A stretch of DNA of 64,000 nt from a bacterium BMS3Abin02 (GTDB lineage: Bacteria; Actinomycetota; Acidimicrobiia; Spongiisociales; UBA4744): the NCBI GenBank assembly GCA_002897675.1, contig BDSU01000003.1, positions 19,449 to 83,448 on the forward strand, in the 5' to 3' direction. Below, one piece after another: positions 27,446-37,484 of the stretch (the first letter of the stretch is position 1; each line of letters starts with the position of its first letter). A program made the translations under genes and the position numbers. The notes under the pieces are model-generated. The model had not been told where the DNA came from and searched no databases. It worked only from the letters and a program-made list of their open reading frames with translations.

Positions 27446-28684
27446 TCAGGCCGGCTGGTCGTACTCTGCGACGTTGAGGGCAGACCAGACGACGGTGCGA
27501 GAGAGATACACGGCGAAGAGGACGATGAGGACCGGTCCGAGCCGGACGATCGTCAGCAGGCCGATACGATCGGCCAGGGCCGTGCCGAACAGGGCGCCGA
27601 ATGGGACCGTGCTCCAGGCCAGGCCGCGTCCGGCGGCGCTGACTCTCCCGAGCAGATGCTGCGGAGTGTAGAGCTGGCGCATCGTGAGGAGACTCACATT
27701 GGCCCACACGAGCCCGGCGAAACCCACCGCCAGGATGCTGGTAACGACCAGCAGGTTGCTCGACCAGGTCAGGCCGAACATTCCGAGGCCAAAGATCGCG
27801 AATCCGAACACGTACGTGCGGCCGATCTGGATGCGGCCGATGACTTTCGAAACGCTGATCGCTCCAATGATGCCACCGGCACCCATTCCGACGAAGAAGA
27901 TCCCGAGTCGAGCCGGATCGTCCGTCCCGAGAAGCTGAGCTCCGATGAGCACGAGCGTTGCCTCGATGAAGCCGGTGACGAAGTTGGCCAGACCTCCACC
28001 AAGGGTGGTCAGGCGGATTCTGTGTTCGGACCACAGGTGCGCCCATCCTTCCCGCAGGTTTTCGAAGAAATGATCGCCGGGAATGAGGGCGCGCTTAGGA
28101 AGGCGAGACAGATACATGAACGACAAGGCCGACACGAGGAATGTCATCCCGTTGAAGGCGAACGCGACGGAGAAGCCGGCGCCCTTCACGATCAGTCCGC
28201 CGGTGAGAGGTCCGAGCAGGAAAGCGATCTGTTGAGAAAGTGAGAGGCGTCCGTTTGCTCGAGTCAAACCCAGTCCGGCAGCTATCGACGGGATGAACGC
28301 CTGCAAAGAGGCGTTGAATGAAGCGGCGAGACTTCCCGCGATGAACGCAAACGCGAAGAGACCCCATGTCGTAAATGTGCCGCCACGAACCATGATGGCA
28401 AGTGAGAAGAACGCGGCGGCTCGCGCCAACTCGTTGCTGACGATGATCCATCGCAGCCGGTATCGATCCAACAGCGTTGCGCCGACAAAACCGAAGATCA
28501 GCGTGGGGAGGTTCTCGGCAGCAGACAGGATGCCGAAGGCGAACGCCCGCTGCGAAAGCTCGGCGAGAAAGAGTGGGACCGTCAGGTACGCGACGTAGTC
28601 GCCAAACAGTGAAACTGTCTGTCCGGTCCATACGATCGAGAAGTTCCGGGCAGGCGGAACCCTCCTGTGCGTGCCTTGGCTCAC
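27446..28684 (-). CDS. MFS transporter (EntS/MefA-like)
   Basis: WTGQTVSLFGD, LLDRYRLR, about 12 TM segments, LLGRVSA. Confidence 0.9.
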   Translation of the reverse strand: MSQGTHRRVPPARNFSIVWTGQTVSLFGDYVAYLTVPLFLAELSQRAFAFGILSAAENLPTLIFGFVGATLLDRYRLRWIIVSNELARAAAFFSLAIMVRGGTFTTWGLFAFAFIAGSLAASFNASLQAFIPSIAAGLGLTRANGRLSLSQQIAFLLGPLTGGLIVKGAGFSVAFAFNGMTFLVSALSFMYLSRLPKRALIPGDHFFENLREGWAHLWSEHRIRLTTLGGGLANFVTGFIEATLVLIGAQLLGTDDPARLGIFFVGMGAGGIIGAISVSKVIGRIQIGRTYVFGFAIFGLGMFGLTWSSNLLVVTSILAVGFAGLVWANVSLLTMRQLYTPQHLLGRVSAAGRGLAWSTVPFGALFGTALADRIGLLTIVRLGPVLIVLFAVYLSRTVVWSALNVAEYDQPA

Positions 28685-28740
28685 GATTCACCAGCCTAGT
28701 GGCGGACCCACATACGATGCCTGGATCTGGTGAATGATGG

Positions 28741-28990
28741 AGGCACCTCGTACCTCGCACTTCGTGTTTCGTATCGCGGCCTCAGGTCGGTGCACGACCG
28801 CGGGCCGGCCTCTATTGGTCCCCCCCAGGGAGCGAAGCGACCGCAGGGGGGAAAGTACCGCAGCGGCTTTGCGCCGGGGTAACGGGGTTCTTCCCCAAGG
28901 GAGCGAAGCGGCCTGTTTCTCCCCAGCGAGCAAAGCGAGCGTTGGGGAAGTACGGCGAAGCCGGAAAGGAGATCGGCGAAGCCGGAAAAG
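28741..28990 (+). repeat. REP/BIME-like dispersed repeat, copy A (heptamer run plus GCGAAGC hairpin units)
   Basis: 28811-28881 matches the reverse complement of 41420-41490 at 69/71; preceded by CCTCGTA-CCTCGCA-CTTCGTG-TTTCGTA. Confidence 0.85.
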
Positions 28991-29194
28991 GGAGGAAACT
29001 ACGGCGGTCGCTTCGAGTCGGGGTAAGGAGATCAGGGCCTCAGAGAGTGCGCTTCGGGGTTCACGTTCGATGCGGTGTGACCCGGTCGAAGAGGGCGCCT
29101 CGTTCGGCTCTCGGGGATCTTCCGTGCCTGAGAAGCGCACTCCAAGGAATTGATTCGCCTATGAATCGGGCGCTCGGGTAGCCTCGGTGGCGTC

Positions 29195-29488
29195 ATGAGC
29201 GATGTAAGCGAGATCCCCGAACAGGTCGGAGAGCTGATCGACCTGTCCAAGCAATACCTGCGGGAGCAGACCATCGAGCCGGCGAAGCGGCTCGGAAGGG
29301 TCGCGGGGATGGGTCTGGGCGCCGCGGTATTGTTCTCCATCGGGGCGCTTCTCCTTGCCGTCGCCGGAACGAGGTCGCTGATCCGCGTCCTTCCGGATGG
29401 CGACCTGTGGAGTGCGCTTGGTCTGTTCATCTCCGCCATCGTCCTTTCCGGAATCGCCGGTCTGATCATGTGGAGGGCAACGCGCTGA
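29195..29488 (+). CDS. Holin-like (DUF1469-type) two-TM membrane protein
   Basis: ELIDLSKQYLREQTIEPAKRLGR followed by two TM helices; TAGCCT upstream. Confidence 0.7.
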   Translation: MSDVSEIPEQVGELIDLSKQYLREQTIEPAKRLGRVAGMGLGAAVLFSIGALLLAVAGTRSLIRVLPDGDLWSALGLFISAIVLSGIAGLIMWRATR

Positions 29489-29679
29489 TGGTCGAACGAG
29501 CAGACATCGAAGCAAAAGCTCGAGAGATCGAGCAGGCTCTGAACGAGACGAGAGAGAGCGTCCAGCAGAAGGGCGTCGTCATCGCCGTCGCGGTGATCGC
29601 CGTTGTCGTGCTTGCGTTCGTGATCGGCCGCCGTCGCGGAAGCCGATCGAGGGCGGTCGTGAAGGTCTACCGTTCCTGA
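29488..29679 (+). CDS. Small DUF3618-like membrane-anchored protein
   Basis: MVERADIEAKAREIE..., one TM helix, GRRRG; TGATG coupling with the upstream gene. Confidence 0.7.
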   Translation: MVERADIEAKAREIEQALNETRESVQQKGVVIAVAVIAVVVLAFVIGRRRGSRSRAVVKVYRS

Positions 29680-29861
29680 GGTTCGAGCCGGATCTCGAGA
29701 GAGTCGCCCGGCCGGAGACGCCGCTCATACACCAACGCATCGGCGCTCGGCTTTCGTAGCCAGTTGAGCCCCAGGAGCGCCGCGCCGATCAGGAGCAGGC
29801 GAACGTCACCTGTTCGTAGACCTCGAAGAGCGCTTCTTACGGCGATGCGACCCAGTTGCAT
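29667..29861 (-). CDS. Small hypothetical membrane protein
   Basis: MQLGRIAVRSALRG...LLLIGAALLGLNW...LRPGDSLEI; TACGCT just upstream. Confidence 0.55.
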   Translation of the reverse strand: MQLGRIAVRSALRGLRTGDVRLLLIGAALLGLNWLRKPSADALVYERRLRPGDSLEIRLEPQER

Positions 29862-29975
29862 GGAGTCCAGCGTAGTTGCGAAGCCGGCATCCGTTACACT
29901 CCGGAGACTTCGCCCTGCCACCGTCGGGACCGGAATCGGAACGACGCAGGTCCACAAGGCGCGTAGAGTACGGGC

Positions 29976-30077
29976 ATGCTCAATGACACCATGAAGAAGA
30001 TCGTGATCTGGGTGATCGTCCTTGGGATGGTCCTGTCACTCGCCGTCGGGCTCGCTGCGCTGGTGTTCTCTTCGTGA
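29976..30077 (+). CDS. 33-aa single-TM peptide
   Basis: MLNDTMKKIVIWVIVLGMVLSLAVGLAALVFSS*; TAGAGT 6 nt upstream; stop overlaps the GTG of the next gene. Below the ORF-track cutoff. Confidence 0.65.
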   Translation: MLNDTMKKIVIWVIVLGMVLSLAVGLAALVFSS

Positions 30078-30268
30078 AGGTCGTGCGCCGCCACCCTCGA
30101 CGCGAGATCGACATTGAGGGGCCGACGACGGTGCGTGCCCTTCTCGAACACCTGGACATCGTCCCAGAGACGGTGCTGGTTATCCGCGGCAGCGACCTGC
30201 TCACCCGCGACCAACGGCTCGCGGCGGACGACACCGTGGAGTTGCGGCCTGTTATTTCGGGGGGCTGA
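30074..30268 (+). CDS. ttuB: ThiS/MoaD-family ubiquitin-like sulfur carrier (TtuB-like)
   Basis: 64 aa ending VISGG, directly upstream of ttuA. Confidence 0.85.
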   Translation: MKVVRRHPRREIDIEGPTTVRALLEHLDIVPETVLVIRGSDLLTRDQRLAADDTVELRPVISGG

Positions 30269-31158
30269 TGCGCTGTCGCGTATGCAGAGGGAACGCGGCG
30301 ATCGAGGTGAGACGTCACAACGCGGCGTTCTGTCCGGACCACTTCATCGAACATGTGCGCAGGCAGGTCGGACGAACGATTCACGACTACGCGATGTTCC
30401 ACGCGGACGAGCGTCTCGCGGTTGGTGTGTCGGGAGGCAAGGACAGTCTCGCGCTCTGGGATATCCTGCATCACCTCGGCTATCGGGCAGAAGGCATCTA
30501 CCTCGACCTGGGCATCGGGGGCTACTCGAAGGACAGTCTGACACGAGTCCAGACCTTCGCCGAGAAACGGGATCTGATTCTGCATTCGATCGGCCTGGCG
30601 CAGCAATACGGCTTCTCGGTTCCCGATGCGGCAAAAGCGACTCGGCGCACGGCCTGCTCCGCATGCGGGCTCTCCAAGCGGTACATCCTGAACGAGGAGG
30701 CGGCGCGCCGAGGTTTCGACGTTCTGGTGATGGGACATAATCTGGATGACGAGGCTGCGACGCTGTTCTCCAACGTTCTCAACTGGAATGTGGAGTACCT
30801 GGGGCGACAGCGCCCCGTCCTCCCGGCTTCGGACGGTTTGGTCAAGAAAGTGAAGCCGTTGATTCGCGTCGCCGAACGCGAGACCGCGGCGTACGCGATT
30901 CTCTCGGGAATCGACTACGAGGTCGAGGAATGTCCAATGGTGGAAGGCAACACGGTCAATCGTCTCAAGGAATGGATGACCCTGCTCGAACAGCGCTCGC
31001 CCGGAATCACTCAGCACTTCCTTGGAGGCTTCTTCGACAGAGTCTCGGATCTCTTCGCGGTCGAGATTCCCGACCTGCATCCCTGCTCGGACTGCGGAAG
31101 GCCAACCACCGGGGAACGGTGTGCATTCTGCCGGCTTCAGGAACGAGCGATGCAATGA
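30268..31158 (+). CDS. ttuA: tRNA 2-thiouridylase, TtuA/Ncs6 type
   Basis: N-terminal CxxC...CxxH, PP-loop SGGKDS, CSACG, GHNLDD, ECP, C-terminal CxxC...CxxC. Confidence 0.88.
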   Translation: MRCRVCRGNAAIEVRRHNAAFCPDHFIEHVRRQVGRTIHDYAMFHADERLAVGVSGGKDSLALWDILHHLGYRAEGIYLDLGIGGYSKDSLTRVQTFAEKRDLILHSIGLAQQYGFSVPDAAKATRRTACSACGLSKRYILNEEAARRGFDVLVMGHNLDDEAATLFSNVLNWNVEYLGRQRPVLPASDGLVKKVKPLIRVAERETAAYAILSGIDYEVEECPMVEGNTVNRLKEWMTLLEQRSPGITQHFLGGFFDRVSDLFAVEIPDLHPCSDCGRPTTGERCAFCRLQERAMQ

Positions 31159-31928
31159 CATTCGAAACGGGAGATCAGTGTCTGCTGGTCGACTCCAAGG
31201 GAAGGTGCTATCTGCTCATGCTTCGAGAAGGTGGTGAGTTTCACTCGCACCTTGGCGTGGTTCCGCACGCAGACCTGATCGGGGTACAGGAAGGTTCTCT
31301 GGTCTCGACGGGGAGCGGGAGGAAGTTGCTGGCCATTCGCCCACGGTTCGTGGACTACGTCCTGAAGATGCGCAGGGGGGCACAAGTCGTCTATCCGAAG
31401 GACATTGGTCCGATCCTCGTCTACGGAGATATCAGGCCCGGCAGCATCGTCGTGGAAGCAGGCACCGGATCCGGCGCTTTGACCATTGCTCTCGTACGTG
31501 CGGTCGGGCCGAGTGGACGTGTTATCAGTGTCGAACGTCGTGAAGATCACGCAACGCATGCTCGGCGCACGATCGAACGATTCTTCGGTGAGATCCCCTC
31601 GACCCTCGACCTGCGCGTCGGGGATGTCGAAACCGAAGCCGAGACCGTACACGCGGACCGGCTCGTTCTCGATCTTCCCGAACCGTGGCACATCGCTCGC
31701 GTAGGCGGCCACCTGGAGTCCGGAGGCATTTTGATCGCATACCTCCCCACCGTGCCACAGGTGCAGACACTCGTGGAAACGATGCGAGAGGTCGACTCAT
31801 ACGCGCTGATCGACGTCTTCGAGACGCTGCACCGCAGCTGGAAGGTCGAAGGACGATCGGTTCGTCCCGATCACCGAATGGTCGGGCACACCGGCTTCGT
31901 CGTCATTGGACGGCGTACCAACACATGA
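31155..31928 (+). CDS. trmI: tRNA (adenine58-N1)-methyltransferase
   Basis: RGAQVVYPKD, EAGTGSGALT, LDLPEPW, RPDHRMVGHTGF. Confidence 0.93.
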   Translation: MTFETGDQCLLVDSKGRCYLLMLREGGEFHSHLGVVPHADLIGVQEGSLVSTGSGRKLLAIRPRFVDYVLKMRRGAQVVYPKDIGPILVYGDIRPGSIVVEAGTGSGALTIALVRAVGPSGRVISVERREDHATHARRTIERFFGEIPSTLDLRVGDVETEAETVHADRLVLDLPEPWHIARVGGHLESGGILIAYLPTVPQVQTLVETMREVDSYALIDVFETLHRSWKVEGRSVRPDHRMVGHTGFVVIGRRTNT

Positions 31929-31933
31929 GTCAT

Positions 31934-31963
31934 GAGTGAAGGCCCCCTGCGGGGCCTTCACTC
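31934..31963. terminator. Perfect hairpin between convergent trmI and ferredoxin
   Basis: GAGTGAAGGCCCC-CTGC-GGGGCCTTCACTC, 13-bp stem. Confidence 0.8.
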
Positions 31964-31984
31964 GGACCTGTTGCGGCCGGTGAT

Positions 31985-32230
31985 CTATGGCTCGATGAAG
32001 ATGCACTCTCCTGGGCATTCTTCTGCAGATTCGATAACCATCTCATCCTGTCCTGCAGGGACAACGGCAATGCCCTGAGCCCCTTCCGCGTTGCCTTCGG
32101 ACGCAGCAAAGATCTTGTCGCCCTCTTTGACATAGGCGAGTCCGTCATCCAGCAGCACGAAAACATCCGGGGCGATCTCTTCGCAGAGGCCGTCACCTGT
32201 ACACAGATCTTGGTCGATCCAAACCTTCAT
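31985..32230 (-). CDS. Single-cluster ferredoxin
   Basis: CTGDGLC...CPGECI. Confidence 0.9.
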   Translation of the reverse strand: MKVWIDQDLCTGDGLCEEIAPDVFVLLDDGLAYVKEGDKIFAASEGNAEGAQGIAVVPAGQDEMVIESAEECPGECIFIEP

Positions 32231-32326
32231 AGCTCAGGAGCTCCTTGTGTGTTGCAGGCATGCTACCCAAATTCGTGCTCTCCACTAAGTGCAGTCTCGG
32301 CACCGCCGTATACTCCGCGCGAGCCC

Positions 32327-34024
32327 ATGACCGACGTCGAGCAACTCAAAGCAGCCGTTGCGCATCTCGAGGCGGAGATTGCGTCCCTCAGATCGGAATC
32401 GAATCGCGTCCGCAAGCTGGAAGGCCGGCTGTCCGAGACCGAGACGCAGCTCGAGCGGGCAAGATCCCAGAACGAGCGGATGGCAGAACTGCTGGGCGAG
32501 GCGCGAGAACAACTCGCCATGCTTCGCCGCGAGATCGAGAAACTCGCAGCTCCTCCCAACCAGTTCGGAACAGTCCTGCAGGTCAACGCCGGCGGAACCG
32601 TGGACATCGTCAGTGGTGGTCACAAACTGCGTGTGACGGCTCAACCGAGTATCGAGGTCAAGCAGCTCCAACGTGGCCAGGAGGTCCTGCTGAACGAGGC
32701 GATGAATATCGTCGACGTACGGCATTTCACCGTGTCTGGCGAGGTCGTGACCGTCAAGGAGCGCCTCGAAGAGCAGCGCCTCCTCGTCCTTGCGAGAGGA
32801 GACGAAGAGCGAGTCGTGGAGATTGCAGAACCCCTCGAGGAGGAGTCCTTCCGGGCCGGCGACGCTGTACGCCTCGACACACGTACCGGACTCGTGTTCG
32901 AAAAGCTCTTGCGCCCCGAAGTCCAGGAGCTGATCCTCGAAGAGGTCCCCGACGTGACCTACGACAAGGTCGGAGGGCTCAGGGAGCAGATCGAGATGAT
33001 TCGTGACGCCGTCGAGCTCCCGTACGTACACAAGGAACTCTTCGCCGACTACGGACTCGAAGCCCCGAAAGGAGTGCTGTTGTACGGGCCGCCCGGCTGT
33101 GGCAAGACACTGATCGCCAAGGCAGTCGCCAACAGTCTTGCCGAGGCGGTGGCCGCTCGTACCGGGCGCACCGATATCCGCTCACACTTCCTCAACGTGA
33201 AAGGCCCGGAACTGCTCAACAAGTACGTCGGTGAGACGGAGCGTCAGATTCGATTGATCTTCCGCAGGGCCAAGGAAAAGTCGGATCAGGGAGTCCCGGT
33301 CATCGTGTTCTTCGACGAGATGGACTCGTTGTTCCGCACCAGAGGCACCGGAGTGTCATCCGACATGGAGTCGACGGTCGTCCCTCAGTTACTCTCGGAA
33401 CTCGACGGTGTGGAGAGCCTCAAGAACGTGATCGTGATCGGGGCATCGAATCGTGAGGACTTGATCGACCCCGCGATCCTTCGGCCGGGGCGTCTCGACG
33501 TGAAGATCAAGATCAACCGGCCCGACGAGACGTCCGCTCGTGAGATCTTCCGCATCTACCTCGACGGTGCTGCACCGCTGGACAGGAAAGAGCTCGAGGA
33601 AGCAGGAGGTGATCGTGAGGCGATGCTCTCCGCCATGATCGATCACACCGTCGAGCGGATGTATGCGCAGGACGACACCAACAAGTTCCTCGAGGTCACA
33701 TACGCGAACGGTGATCGGGAACTGCTCTACTTCAAGGACTTCTCCAGCGGCGCGATGATCCAGAACATCGTCAGCCGGGCCAAGAAGGAGGCGATCAAAC
33801 GCGAGATCGCCGGAGGGCCGAGAGGGCTGCGGACGACCGATCTGCTGAGCGCGATCGCGAGCGAATTCGCCGAACACGAAGGCCTTCCCAACACGACGAA
33901 TCCGGACGACTGGGCGAAAGTCTCCGGCAGGAAAGGGGAGCGCATCGTGTACGTCCGGACGCTGATGCGAGGTGAAGACAAGTCGAAGAAGATCGAGGCC
34001 GTCACGACCGGTCAGTACCTGTGA
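32327..34024 (+). CDS. arc: Proteasome AAA+ ATPase ARC/Mpa
   Basis: N-terminal coiled coil, [21 protein letters not shown]-terminal GQYL; TATACT upstream of ATG 32327. Confidence 0.96.
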   Translation: MTDVEQLKAAVAHLEAEIASLRSESNRVRKLEGRLSETETQLERARSQNERMAELLGEAREQLAMLRREIEKLAAPPNQFGTVLQVNAGGTVDIVSGGHKLRVTAQPSIEVKQLQRGQEVLLNEAMNIVDVRHFTVSGEVVTVKERLEEQRLLVLARGDEERVVEIAEPLEEESFRAGDAVRLDTRTGLVFEKLLRPEVQELILEEVPDVTYDKVGGLREQIEMIRDAVELPYVHKELFADYGLEAPKGVLLYGPPGCGKTLIAKAVANSLAEAVAARTGRTDIRSHFLNVKGPELLNKYVGETERQIRLIFRRAKEKSDQGVPVIVFFDEMDSLFRTRGTGVSSDMESTVVPQLLSELDGVESLKNVIVIGASNREDLIDPAILRPGRLDVKIKINRPDETSAREIFRIYLDGAAPLDRKELEEAGGDREAMLSAMIDHTVERMYAQDDTNKFLEVTYANGDRELLYFKDFSSGAMIQNIVSRAKKEAIKREIAGGPRGLRTTDLLSAIASEFAEHEGLPNTTNPDDWAKVSGRKGERIVYVRTLMRGEDKSKKIEAVTTGQYL

Positions 34025-34077
34025 GGAGATCCGAGATGCTCGTTGCGCCCTCCCAGTCATTCCTGGTTTCCTAGCCG

Positions 34078-35547
34078 ATGGCCATTCCGAAGGTGCTCGG
34101 TACCGAGACCGAATTCGGAATCACGATTCGTCACCGGGCGGACTTCGACCCCGTGCTCGCCTCGGGACTCGTCGTCAACGGCTCTTCGGACGGATTACGA
34201 GTGCGGTGGTCCCTCGCCGAGGAGTCTCCCGGGCGCGACGCGCGGGGACGATCGTTCGGTACGGGCGTCGCGCTCGATGCGGAGACCCTCAACGTCCTGC
34301 TTCCCAACGGAGCGCGGATGTACGTCGATCATGCCCACCCTGAGTACTCGACGCCCGAATGTCTGGACGCCCGCGAAGCGGCCCTGCACGACAAGGTGGG
34401 GGAACTCGCCATGGCACGCGCGGCGAAGGAGGTGCAACGGATCCTCGCGCCAGGGGAGACGATCTCCATCTACAAGAACAACAGCGACGGCAAAGGCAAT
34501 TCATACGGGGCTCACGAGAACTATCTCGTGTCGAGAGTCCTACCGTTCAACGACATCGTCCGTCACCTGACAACGTTCCTGGTCACCCGCCAGGTCTTCA
34601 CCGGTTCGGGGAAAGTCGGGGCGGAGAACGGGCGGACCCCGGTCGACTTTCAGATCAGTCAGCGAGCCGACTTCTTCGAAGAGCGGGTCGGATTGGAAAC
34701 GACACTGCGACGCCCCATCATCAACACAAGAGACGAACCGCACGGCGACCCCGAGCGGTTCCGCAGGTTGCACGTCATCATTGGGGACGCCACGCGCTCC
34801 GAGATTCAAACCTATCTGAAACTCGGAACGACGTCACTTCTTCTGGCGGCAATCGAGGACGAGGCCCTTCCCGACGATCTCGAACTTCTCGATCCCGTGG
34901 CAGCGACTTGGCAGGTGAGCCACGACATCGGTTTGGGTCGGTCTCTACGGCTCGCGAGCGGCGGTTCCGCCACCGCGCTCGAGTTGCAGTGGCAATACCT
35001 CGATTGGCTCTCGAAGTACGCGGAGGCATCATCGGCCGACGAGGTGAGTCGCGACGTCTTGGTGCACTGGGAGGACGTCCTCCATGACCTCGAAGCGGAT
35101 CCGATGAGCACCGCCGACCGTCTCGATTGGACCGCAAAACTGAGGATCATGCGGGCATACAGAGATCGGGAGCACATCGACTGGGGCCATTCGCGCCTGA
35201 AAGCGCTCGACCTCCAATACCACGACGTCGACCCAAGCCGGGGATTGTATGACCGTTTCGTCGAGAGGGGTTCGATTCGGCGTCTTTTCGCCGACACCGA
35301 AGTGGCCGATGCGCTGCACCATCCCCCCAGGGGTACGAGAGCGTATTTCCGGGGTCGCTGCGTCAGTGAACATGGCGATGCGTTGGTGGCCGCGAACTGG
35401 GATTCGCTCGTGTTCGATACGGGCGAATCCACATTCAAGAGGGTGCCTATGATGGATCCGCTACGAGGAACGGCGGAACGAGTAGGTGCACTCCTCGATA
35501 CATCATCGAGCGCTGCCGATCTCCTCGAAGTGCTAGGAGGTGACTGA
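34078..35547 (+). CDS. dop: Depupylase/deamidase Dop
   Basis: [42 protein letters not shown]. Confidence 0.95.
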   Translation: MAIPKVLGTETEFGITIRHRADFDPVLASGLVVNGSSDGLRVRWSLAEESPGRDARGRSFGTGVALDAETLNVLLPNGARMYVDHAHPEYSTPECLDAREAALHDKVGELAMARAAKEVQRILAPGETISIYKNNSDGKGNSYGAHENYLVSRVLPFNDIVRHLTTFLVTRQVFTGSGKVGAENGRTPVDFQISQRADFFEERVGLETTLRRPIINTRDEPHGDPERFRRLHVIIGDATRSEIQTYLKLGTTSLLLAAIEDEALPDDLELLDPVAATWQVSHDIGLGRSLRLASGGSATALELQWQYLDWLSKYAEASSADEVSRDVLVHWEDVLHDLEADPMSTADRLDWTAKLRIMRAYRDREHIDWGHSRLKALDLQYHDVDPSRGLYDRFVERGSIRRLFADTEVADALHHPPRGTRAYFRGRCVSEHGDALVAANWDSLVFDTGESTFKRVPMMDPLRGTAERVGALLDTSSSAADLLEVLGGD

Positions 35548-35727
35548 ATGAAAGAGAACATCCGAAAGCCCCGCCGGAAGCAGGAGGCCGCCGAAGACAC
35601 CGATGTCGCCTTCACTCCCGAGGTGCACACCGAAGAGATCGACGGTCTACTCGATGAGATCGACGAGGTCCTCGAAGAGAACGCTGAAGAGTTCGTCAAG
35701 AACTACGTCCAGAAGGGCGGAGAATGA
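35548..35727 (+). CDS. pup: Prokaryotic ubiquitin-like protein Pup (C-terminal GGE)
   Basis: MKENIRKPRR...LLDEIDEVLEENAEEFVKNYVQKGGE*; 59 aa, absent from the ORF track; AGGAGG upstream. Confidence 0.96.
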   Translation: MKENIRKPRRKQEAAEDTDVAFTPEVHTEEIDGLLDEIDEVLEENAEEFVKNYVQKGGE

Positions 35728-36494
35728 GAGACGAGTTCGGAAAGGGTGTGAGCTTCACCGACCTCCTCGCCTCCCTCGAGATGACGCCGAAGTGGGAGAT
35801 TCCGGCGACGGAGCACTCTGCACTCGACGCTCCCGTGGCCACGACCGTCCTCGCTCTGCGGTACGGCGACGGTGTGGCGATGCTCGGAGATCGCCAGGCT
35901 ACGGAGGGACACTTCGTTGCCCACCGCAGAATCCAGAAGGTCTTCCAGGCCGACCATTTCTCCGCCGTTGCGATCTCTGGCACCGCCGGTATTGCCGTCG
36001 ACCTCGTCCGTCTCTTCCAAACCGAGCTGGAGCACTACGAGAAGCTGGAGGGCACACGCCTCAGCCTCGACGGCAAGGCAACCTACCTGAGTCGAATGGT
36101 CCGCCAGCAGCTCCCTTTGGTGTTCCAGGGCCTTGTCGTCGTTCCGCTCTTCTGTGGATACGACGAAGAAGAGCGTACCGGACGTCTCTACACATTCGAT
36201 GTGATCGGCGGCCGGTACGAAGAGCACGAATACGGAGCCACCGGCTCGGGCTCTCGCGATGCGAAGGGGTACCTGCGATCCGCGTACCGGGCCGATCTCG
36301 ACGAATCGGATGCGTTGGACATCGGAATGCGCGCACTGGTCACTGCCTCTCAAGAGGACACGGCGACCGGCGGACCCGACCTCGCTCGCGGCATCCTTCC
36401 GAATGTCGTGACCGTCACGGCGGACGGGTTCATCGAGGTCGAATCGGACCAGGTTGCAGCCCTGGCCTCCGCAGCACTGGGAGACATCCGATGA
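35724..36494 (+). CDS. prcB: 20S proteasome beta subunit
   Basis: Propeptide then TTVLALRY, GDRQAT, GSGS, DTATGG. Confidence 0.95.
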   Translation: MRDEFGKGVSFTDLLASLEMTPKWEIPATEHSALDAPVATTVLALRYGDGVAMLGDRQATEGHFVAHRRIQKVFQADHFSAVAISGTAGIAVDLVRLFQTELEHYEKLEGTRLSLDGKATYLSRMVRQQLPLVFQGLVVVPLFCGYDEEERTGRLYTFDVIGGRYEEHEYGATGSGSRDAKGYLRSAYRADLDESDALDIGMRALVTASQEDTATGGPDLARGILPNVVTVTADGFIEVESDQVAALASAALGDIR

Positions 36495-37174
36495 CGGTTC
36501 CGTTCTACGTGCCTCCGGAGCAACTCGTCAAGGATCGAGCCGAGTTCGCCCGCAAAGGCATCGCTCGGGGCCGATCGATCGTCGCTGCCGAGTACGACCT
36601 GGGAGTGCTGCTGCTCGCAGAGAATCCGAGCGCCACGCTTCACAAGATCAGTGAGATCTACGACCGTGTTGCTTTCGCCGGTGTGGGCAAGTACAACGAA
36701 TTCGAGGCGCTGCGCGTCGCGGGAACTCGCCATGCGGACCTGAGAGGGTATCTGTACAGCAGGTCGGATGTGAACGCAAAGGGCCTTGCGAACGCTTTCT
36801 CCCAAACGCTCGGCAACATCTTCACACACGAGATGAAGCCATATGAGGTCGAGATCCTCATTGCAGAGCTGGGTGTCAACAGTCATCCAAACCATCTGTA
36901 CCGGGTGACCTACGACGGCACACTGTCGGACGAAGGTCGGTACTGTGCCATTGGCGGGCAGGCGGACGCGCTGAGCGAGATCCTGGAAGCGAGAGGCCAG
37001 AAGATCGGGTCGCTCGCCGAGACGATCACCGCGCTCGCAGCAGCGTTCTCAGAAGTCCTCGACAGAGAGGTCGACGGATGGGAAGCGGCGGTCCTGGATT
37101 CGACAGGAGGCCGGCGAACGTTTCGCAGGCTATCGCATGCCGAGGTCGACGAGATTCTAGGCGCCTCCGACTGA
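36491..37174 (+). CDS. prcA: 20S proteasome alpha subunit
   Basis: PFYVPPEQLVKDRAEFARKGIARG, KISEIYDR, KPYEVE. Confidence 0.95.
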   Translation: MTVPFYVPPEQLVKDRAEFARKGIARGRSIVAAEYDLGVLLLAENPSATLHKISEIYDRVAFAGVGKYNEFEALRVAGTRHADLRGYLYSRSDVNAKGLANAFSQTLGNIFTHEMKPYEVEILIAELGVNSHPNHLYRVTYDGTLSDEGRYCAIGGQADALSEILEARGQKIGSLAETITALAAAFSEVLDREVDGWEAAVLDSTGGRRTFRRLSHAEVDEILGASD

Positions 37175-37484
37175 GCTTCTGCCCGCGAGCGATGCCGGTG
37201 CGTGGATCGAGGTGGCTCACTTCGTTCACCGTACCTGGTGCTTCGGCCGATTCGAGCGGTGGACGTGACATCTGACCTGTGGGAAGTTGTGATGGGAGGC
37301 CCGAGGAGTTCGCGGTCGGCGGTGGGGTGGATGGGATCGCTGTGGACACAGCGCAACGGCCTCGCGTGAATCGGGGGTCCGAATCGGTGGCCGGTCACCG
37401 GTCGGTACCTATCGGTTCGAAGCCCGTGGGCGCGTGCCATGCCTTGCTCGGCGGGCTCCCGCCCACGGGGTCTACGCTGAAGCG

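Noticed and set aside
29195-29488. Holin-like gene as evidence of a prophage
   Set aside because: No endolysin or other phage genes; such holin-like/DUF3618 pairs are ordinary actinobacterial chromosomal genes.
37175-37484. Hidden gene or RNA between prcA and pafA
   Set aside because: Only a 10-bp GC-rich inverted repeat (CCCGTGGGCG/CGCCCACGGG) and no credible ORF.
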